From NCBI GenBank assembly GCA_031459875.1, contig JAVKHQ010000013.1, positions 1-63,703 of the forward strand: a stretch of DNA of 63,703 nucleotides, in the 5' to 3' direction. Each line of letters begins with the position of its first letter. The stretch's first letter is position 1. Origin of the DNA: Candidatus Fervidifonticultor sextus. Lineage in GTDB: Bacteria > Sysuimicrobiota > Sysuimicrobiia > Sysuimicrobiales > Humicultoraceae. Of the stretch, positions 57,916 through 63,703 are shown piece after piece. A program made the translations under genes and the position numbers. The notes beneath the pieces were generated by a model. The model saw nothing but the letters and a program-made list of their open reading frames with translations, was not told the origin of the DNA and searched no databases.

Positions 57916-60900
57916 ATGTCCGAGTCCTTCGTCCACTGCCACCTTCACACCGAGTACTCCCTCCTGGACGGCGCCAGTCGCATCGAACCCCTGATGCGGG
58001 CGGCGGCCGCCCTGGGGATGCCGGCGATCGCCATCACCGATCACGGGGCGATGTACGGGGTCATCGAGTTCTTCCTCAAGGCCCGCGAGCACGGCCTGAA
58101 GCCCATCATCGGCGTCGAGGCCTACGTCGCCCCCCGCCGCCACACCGACCGCGACCCGAAGCTCGACATCAACCCCTACCATCTGGTGCTGCTGGCAACG
58201 AACCTCGAAGGCTACCGGAACCTGCTGCGGCTGACCAGCGCCGCGCATCTGGACGGCTTCTACTACAAGCCGCGCGTGGACCGCGACCTGCTGGCCCGGC
58301 ACAGCCGGGGGCTGATCGCACTCTCGGGCTGCCTGCAGGGCGAGGTGGCGCGGGCCCTGCTGCGGGAGGACGAGCAGGCCGCCCGGGAGGTCGCCGCCGC
58401 CTACCGGGACATCTTCGGGCCCGGCGGCTACTACCTGGAGATCCAGGACCACGGCCTGCCCGACCAGCAGCGCAACATCCGAGGCCTGCTCCGCCTGGCC
58501 GCCGACCTGGACCTGCCCCTGGTGGCCACCAACGACGTCCACTACGTCCACCGGGACGAGGCCGAGGCCCAGGATGCCCTGATGTGCATCCAGATGAACG
58601 TGACGCTCTCGTCCACCGCGAAGCCCCGGATGGGGGATGTCCCGGAATTCTACCTCAAGAGCCCCCAGGAAATGGCGGCGCGGTTTGCCGAGGTCCCGCA
58701 GGCCCTGCACGCGACCGTGGAGATCGCCGACCGCGTCCAGCTCGACCTCGACCTGGGCCGGCTCAGGCTCCCGCAGTTCCCGGTGCCCGAGGGCGAGACC
58801 CCCGATTCCTACCTGCGCCGGCTGTGCGAAGACGGGCTGCGGGCCCGGTACGGCACGCCCACAGCAGCGCAGCGGCGGCGCCTGGACGACGAACTGCGGG
58901 TCATCGCGCAGACCGGCTATGCCGCGTACTTCCTGATCGTCTGGGACTTCGTCACGTTCGCCCGGCGACGCGGCATCCTGACCACCGTGCGGGGATCGGC
59001 GGCCGGCAGCCTGGTGCTCTACACGCTGGGCGTCACCGACGTGGACCCGCTGCACTACCGGCTGCCCTTCGAGCGCTTCCTTAACCTGGAGCGCTACACG
59101 ATGCCGGACATCGATGTGGACTTCATGGACAGCCGGCGGGACGAGGTCATCCGGTACGTCATCGACAAGTACGGCGCCGACCACGTGGCCCAGATCATCA
59201 CCTTCGGCACCATGGGCGCCCGGCAGGCGGTGCGGGACATCGGCCGCGTCATGGGTCTGCCCTACGGGGACGTGGACCGGATCGCCAAACTTATTCCCTT
59301 CAACGCCTCCATCGACGAGGCCCTGCGGGCCGACCCCGAACTGCGCCGCGCGGGCGAGGAGACGCCGACGGTGCAACGGCTGCTGGACCTGGCGCGGAAA
59401 CTGGAGGGCGTGGCCCGTCATGCCAGCACCCACGCCGCCGGAGTCATCATCTCCCGCGACCCCCTCATCGACCACGTCCCGCTGCAGCGCGCGACCGGGG
59501 GCGACCTGGTCATGACCCAGTACGACATGGACGCGGTGGAACGAATCGGTCTGCTCAAGATGGACTTCCTCGGGCTGTCCTACCTGACGATCCTCGATCG
59601 CGCCCTGGCCATCATCGAGCAGGTGCGGGGTGTGCGGATCGACCTCAAGGACATCCCGCTGGACGACCAGGCCACGTTCGACCTCCTGTCGCGGGGCGAG
59701 ACCGTCGGCATCTTCCAGCTGGAGGGCGCCGGCATGACCCGGTACCTCAAGGACCTGCGCCCCTCGCGCATCGAGGACATCATGGCCATGGTGGCCCTGT
59801 TCCGTCCCGGCCCGATGGCCAATATCCCCGCCTATATCCGGCGCAAGCACGGTCAGGAGCCGATCACCTACCCCCATCCCCTGATGGAGCCGGTGCTGGC
59901 CGATACCTATGGCGTCATGGTCTACCAGGAGGACGTGATGGCCGTCTGCCAGGCTGTGGCGGGCTATACCCTGGCCGAGGCCGATGTGCTGTGCTATGCG
60001 ATCCGCAAGAAGATCAAAGACAAGCTCGAGGCGCAGCGCGAGCAGTTCATCGCCGGCGCGCGCAAGCGGGGCGTGGCCAAGCGGGTGGCCGATCAGATCT
60101 GGGAGCAGTTCGAACCGTTCGCCCGCTACGGGTTCAACCGGGCGCACGCCGCGACCTACGGGCTGCTCGCCTACCAGACCGCCTACCTCAAGGCCAACTA
60201 CCCCGCCGAGTACATGGCCGCCGTCCTGACCACCGAGGCCGCCGGTCAGGACTGGATGGCCAAGGTGGCGGCGGCCGTGGCCGAATGCGCGCGCATGGGG
60301 ATCCGGGTCCTCCCGCCGGACGTCAACGAATCCGAGGACACCTTCACCGTGGCCGACGGCGCCATCCGGTTCGGGCTGTCCGCCGTCAAACACGTGGGGG
60401 GCGGCGCGGTGGAGGCCATCCTGCGCGCACGCCGCCAGGGCGGTCCCTTCGCGTCGCTGGCGGATCTGGTGGCCCGCGTCGATACCCGGGTGGTGAACAG
60501 GCGCGTGCTGGAGAGCCTGATCAAGGCCGGCGCCTTCGACTCGCTGGGCCGACCGCGGGCGGCGCTGTTGCAGGAGATTGACGCTGCGATGAGCAGCGGC
60601 CAGCGCCTGGCGCGCGCGGGGGCGGGATCGCAGACCGGTCTGTTCGAACTCGGTGAGGCCGCGGGGGGTTCGGCAAGCGCCGCGCCGGTGGTGGAGGAGT
60701 TCTCCCGCGCCGAACTTTTGGCGATGGAGCGCGACATGCTCGGCCTCTACATCTCCGGGCATCCGCTGGCTCATGCCCGGGACCGGCTGGCCCAGCATAC
60801 CACCCACACCATCGCCCAACTGGCAGAGCTGCGGGACCGGAGCGACGTGACGGTCGGCGGCCTGATCACCGCGGTGAAGCGCACGACCACCAAGACCGGG

Positions 60901-61356
60901 TCGGCGATGGCCTTCCTTGCGCTGGAGGACCTGACCGGCACCGTCGAGGTGATCGTGTTCCCCAAGACCTACGAGCAGAGCCACCTGGCGCTGCGGCGCG
61001 ACGCCATCGTCGTCGTGCGCGGCCGGCTGGACGTCGCCGAGCAGCAGGTCAAGGTGCTGGCCGATAGCGTGGCCCTGCTGGACGATGCCCCGCCCGCAGG
61101 TGAGGCGCCGGAAGGCTGCCTCCACGTCCTTCTCGACGCCGACCGCCACGGCGAGGACGGTCTCCACCGGCTGCGCGCGCTGCTGGATCGGCACCAGGGC
61201 GACCGGCCCGTGCTGCTCACCGTGCGCGCGGAGGGCCGGGAGGTGCGGATGGAGGCGGGCGACCTCAGGGTGGCCCCCACGGCCGCCGTCGTGCAGGAGG
61301 TCGAGGCGCTGCTGGGGCCGAGCACCGCCTGGTGGGAGTCCGATGGACGCCGCTGA
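57916..61356 (+). CDS. dnaE: DNA polymerase III alpha subunit
   Basis: HTEYSLLDG PHP domain, RGSAAGS, MPDIDVDF, HAAG, KMDFLGL, YGFNRAH, OB fold; no intein evident. Confidence 0.97.
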   Translation: MSESFVHCHLHTEYSLLDGASRIEPLMRAAAALGMPAIAITDHGAMYGVIEFFLKAREHGLKPIIGVEAYVAPRRHTDRDPKLDINPYHLVLLATNLEGYRNLLRLTSAAHLDGFYYKPRVDRDLLARHSRGLIALSGCLQGEVARALLREDEQAAREVAAAYRDIFGPGGYYLEIQDHGLPDQQRNIRGLLRLAADLDLPLVATNDVHYVHRDEAEAQDALMCIQMNVTLSSTAKPRMGDVPEFYLKSPQEMAARFAEVPQALHATVEIADRVQLDLDLGRLRLPQFPVPEGETPDSYLRRLCEDGLRARYGTPTAAQRRRLDDELRVIAQTGYAAYFLIVWDFVTFARRRGILTTVRGSAAGSLVLYTLGVTDVDPLHYRLPFERFLNLERYTMPDIDVDFMDSRRDEVIRYVIDKYGADHVAQIITFGTMGARQAVRDIGRVMGLPYGDVDRIAKLIPFNASIDEALRADPELRRAGEETPTVQRLLDLARKLEGVARHASTHAAGVIISRDPLIDHVPLQRATGGDLVMTQYDMDAVERIGLLKMDFLGLSYLTILDRALAIIEQVRGVRIDLKDIPLDDQATFDLLSRGETVGIFQLEGAGMTRYLKDLRPSRIEDIMAMVALFRPGPMANIPAYIRRKHGQEPITYPHPLMEPVLADTYGVMVYQEDVMAVCQAVAGYTLAEADVLCYAIRKKIKDKLEAQREQFIAGARKRGVAKRVADQIWEQFEPFARYGFNRAHAATYGLLAYQTAYLKANYPAEYMAAVLTTEAAGQDWMAKVAAAVAECARMGIRVLPPDVNESEDTFTVADGAIRFGLSAVKHVGGGAVEAILRARRQGGPFASLADLVARVDTRVVNRRVLESLIKAGAFDSLGRPRAALLQEIDAAMSSGQRLARAGAGSQTGLFELGEAAGGSASAAPVVEEFSRAELLAMERDMLGLYISGHPLAHARDRLAQHTTHTIAQLAELRDRSDVTVGGLITAVKRTTTKTGSAMAFLALEDLTGTVEVIVFPKTYEQSHLALRRDAIVVVRGRLDVAEQQVKVLADSVALLDDAPPAGEAPEGCLHVLLDADRHGEDGLHRLRALLDRHQGDRPVLLTVRAEGREVRMEAGDLRVAPTAAVVQEVEALLGPSTAWWESDGRR

Positions 61357-61993
61357 TCCCCACGCGCCGGAGGCCACCCCGGCTGCCACCGGAGAGCCGG
61401 CTCCCCTCCCGGCGCCGCAGCCCCTGCGCGGCCTGCTGGTGCTGGCCGGGGCGCTGCTGGTCCTCGCCGCGGCGGTCGTCGCCTACACCATGGGGGTGCG
61501 CTCGGTCACAGACACCCGCCCGGCTCCCCTCCCGGTGGGACCGAAGGCCCCTGCCGAACGGCCGGTGGCGCCGGTCTTTGCGATGCCGTCGCTGACCACC
61601 CCCGGCCGGATCAGCCTGGCCGACTTCCGCGGCAAGGTCGTGGTCCTCAACTTCTTCGCGTCGTGGTGCGGGCCGTGCGCACTCGAGGCCGCCACCCTGG
61701 AGCAGACCTGGCGGGAGCACCGCGACCACGGCGTCGTGTTCCTCGGCGTGGCCATCCAGGACCGCGAACGCGATGCGCGCGCGTTCCTCGAGCGCCACGG
61801 CATCACGTATCCGGCGGTCTTCGACGCCAACGGCGAGGTCATGCTGGCCTACCGGGTGGTGGGGATCCCCACGACCTTCTTCATTGACCCTGCCGGGCGC
61901 ATCGCCGGATCCCATGCCGGCATCTTTGTGGGCGAGGCCGGCGCCCAGCGCCTCGGAGAACGGATCGACGCGGCGCGGAGGGACCCCCGGTGA
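61343..61993 (+). CDS. Membrane-anchored TlpA/ResA-family thioredoxin
   Basis: TM helix, LNFFASWCGPC, GIPTTFFID. Confidence 0.92.
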   Translation: MDAADPHAPEATPAATGEPAPLPAPQPLRGLLVLAGALLVLAAAVVAYTMGVRSVTDTRPAPLPVGPKAPAERPVAPVFAMPSLTTPGRISLADFRGKVVVLNFFASWCGPCALEAATLEQTWREHRDHGVVFLGVAIQDRERDARAFLERHGITYPAVFDANGEVMLAYRVVGIPTTFFIDPAGRIAGSHAGIFVGEAGAQRLGERIDAARRDPR

Positions 61994-62718
61994 CCCGGCG
62001 GCCGCCGACGCGGGTCACGGGGTTGCAGGTGGCCGCCGCCGCGGCCCTGATGGGTCTTGGGTTCCTGGTCGTGGTGCAGGTCCGCGCGGGTCGGCAGCTG
62101 ACCGCGCAGCCCGAGGTGCCGACCCGCAACGTCTACGCGCTGGCCACCCTGCTGCGGCAGGAGCGCGAGGCGCGGATGGCGCTCGAGCGCCAGGTGGAGG
62201 AGTTGAGGCGGCGCCACGCCGAGTACGAGCGCGCCACGGTCGAGGGCCGGACGCTGACGGCGGCCATGAGTAAGGAACTGGAGAGCCTGCGCCTCCTGGT
62301 CGGGCTCAAGGCCATGCGGGGGCCCGGCGTCGTCGTCCGCCTGGAGGATGCCAAGACCCAGCCGGCCGGCAGCACCCCGGTCGTCGTCACCTATCAGGAT
62401 CTGGTGAATGTGATCAACGAACTGTGGGCGGCGGGCGCCGAGGCGGTGGCTGTCAACGGCCAGCGGGTGACGGCCATGACGGGCTTCGGCCAGGTCAGCG
62501 GCACCGTGGTGGTCAACCTGCAGCGCCTGACCGGGCCGTTTGTCGTCGTCGCCCTCGGCGATCCCGGCACGCTGGAGGGCGCGCTGAACATCCGCGGTGG
62601 ACTGGTCGACGGCCTGCGCGCCATCGGCCTGCAAATCACCATCACGCGGCAGGGGGACCTCACCGTGCCGGCCTACCGGGGCATCCTCAAGTTCGAACAT
62701 GCCCGGCCGGTCCCCTAG
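61990..62718 (+). CDS. DUF881 domain protein
   Basis: TM helix + coiled coil, GPGV.V.L.D, DL..VINELWAAGAEAVAVNGQR. Confidence 0.88.
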   Translation: MTRRPPTRVTGLQVAAAAALMGLGFLVVVQVRAGRQLTAQPEVPTRNVYALATLLRQEREARMALERQVEELRRRHAEYERATVEGRTLTAAMSKELESLRLLVGLKAMRGPGVVVRLEDAKTQPAGSTPVVVTYQDLVNVINELWAAGAEAVAVNGQRVTAMTGFGQVSGTVVVNLQRLTGPFVVVALGDPGTLEGALNIRGGLVDGLRAIGLQITITRQGDLTVPAYRGILKFEHARPVP

Positions 62719-63703
62719 CGCGTCCGCCCCGGACGGGTCCCTCGAACGCGACCGATCCCGCCGTCGGCCCGCTTCGGGGTGGCGCTACGACGTCATCATC
62801 GCCGGCGCGTCATTCGGCGGGCTGGCGGCCGCGCAGCACCTGCGCGCCGGGCCGCGGCCTGACGGATCGCCGCGATGCCGCGTGCTGGTCCTCGACCGCC
62901 AGGCCATCGGCGAGGGCGTGACGTCCGCCTGCGCCGCGCCTGTCCGCATCCTGGAGCAGGCGGGGGCCGGCGGGGCCGTTCAGCAGGTTCACGAGGCGCT
63001 GGTGATCCACACGCCGGACGGCCGCGTGACCTGGCCGCTGCCGGAGCCGTTCTGCACCTTCGACTATCGGAGGTACTGCCAGGACGCCGCGGCGGCTGCG
63101 GGGATCCACGCGCCTTCCACGAGCGGCGGCTCCGGCGGACCCGGCGCGGTCGGTGGGATCGAGTTCCGACTGGCCTCGGTGCTTTGCCGCGACGGGCAGT
63201 GGGTGGTGACCTCCGCCGGCGCGTTCGAGGGCCGCATCCTGGTGGACGCGACCGGGCCACGGGCCGCGCTGGCCGGCCCGAGCCGGCCGCGCCACGTGGC
63301 GTTTGGCCTGGAATCGGAGGTTGGCCATCGGGTCGAGCCCGGGCTGCATTTCTTCTTCGTGCCCGAGGTTCGCGACGGCTATGCGTGGGCCTTCCCGTGC
63401 GGGGAGGGGACCCGGTTCGGCGTGCTCTCGTACCGCGGGCGGACGACACTGCGGGAGGCGCTCGAGCGCTTCATGGCCCGCTTCGGCGCACGCCCCGACC
63501 GGCTCCACGGCGGGTACCTGGCGACCGGGTGGGCGCGGGGGGCAGAAGGCCCCGTCTTCGTCATCGGCGACGCGGCCGGCCAGTGCCTGCCGCTGTCGGG
63601 CGAAGGCATCCGGACGGCGGTGCTGGCAGGGGCGCGGTGCGGCGCGTTGCTCCAGAGGGTGCTGGACGGCACGATGACGCTCGATGGCGCGCGGGCCGCC
63701 TAC
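62699..63703 (+). CDS. FAD-dependent oxidoreductase, geranylgeranyl-reductase-like (3'-truncated by window edge)
   Basis: Absent from the ORF track because it has no stop in the window; my translation gives YDVIIAGASFGGLAAA, VDATG, GYAWAFP, IGDAAGQCLPLSGEGI in one frame; ATG 62699 tentative. Confidence 0.85.
   Translation, partial: MPGRSPSASAPDGSLERDRSRRRPASGWRYDVIIAGASFGGLAAAQHLRAGPRPDGSPRCRVLVLDRQAIGEGVTSACAAPVRILEQAGAGGAVQQVHEALVIHTPDGRVTWPLPEPFCTFDYRRYCQDAAAAAGIHAPSTSGGSGGPGAVGGIEFRLASVLCRDGQWVVTSAGAFEGRILVDATGPRAALAGPSRPRHVAFGLESEVGHRVEPGLHFFFVPEVRDGYAWAFPCGEGTRFGVLSYRGRTTLREALERFMARFGARPDRLHGGYLATGWARGAEGPVFVIGDAAGQCLPLSGEGIRTAVLAGARCGALLQRVLDGTMTLDGARAAY

Noticed and set aside
57916..61356. 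Intein in dnaE
   Set aside because: Normal length (~1146 aa) with continuous polymerase motifs and no splice-junction motifs
57697..61389. 1230-aa antisense ORF over dnaE (likewise 11440-14079, 33524-36223, 36893-39421, 43783-46467, 54006-56528)
   Set aside because: Codon-register mirror of GC-rich sense genes with no recognisable motifs; expected shadow ORFs

Overview
A very GC-rich chromosomal window, almost entirely on the + strand, from a diderm (LPS-making) bacterium with Firmicutes-like gene order. An Armatimonadota/CSP1-3-like origin is my inference and is not verified. In order, it holds: (1) an outer-membrane cluster lpxD'-hyp-lpxC-lpxA-lpxI-lpxB-lptC-lptA-lptB-lptF/G-arnT-like-DUF3084-membrane-fused spermidine-synthase/TPR, then a cobalamin riboswitch with btuB-tonB, a yqgF-like gene and an 8-repeat beta-propeller; (2) two minus-strand genes and an SLH-anchored outer-membrane protein (OmpM-like) with a long structured leader; (3) three toxin-antitoxin pairs (HEPN-MNT and two RHH-PIN) around and inside a PyrR-controlled pyrD-pyrF-pyrE operon; (4) hpt-guaB3-guaA-pcrA; (5) a ~19.4-kb block of peptide/nickel-type ABC importers (5 binding proteins, 3 permease pairs, 1 ATPase pair) with a GT39 gene and an excisionase-type HTH regulator; (6) gatCAB, an RlmD-like protein whose catalytic and SAM-binding motifs are all substituted, dnaE, a TlpA thioredoxin, DUF881 and a truncated flavoprotein. 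I saw no CRISPR array, rRNA, tRNA, transposase or integrase. The best leads are the apparently dead RlmD that keeps its Fe-S motif, recurring upstream Shine-Dalgarno/uORF elements whose stop overlaps the start of envelope genes, the Xis/BldC-like regulator with 10-bp-phased repeats, and a PyrR loop that covers the pyrD ribosome-binding site.
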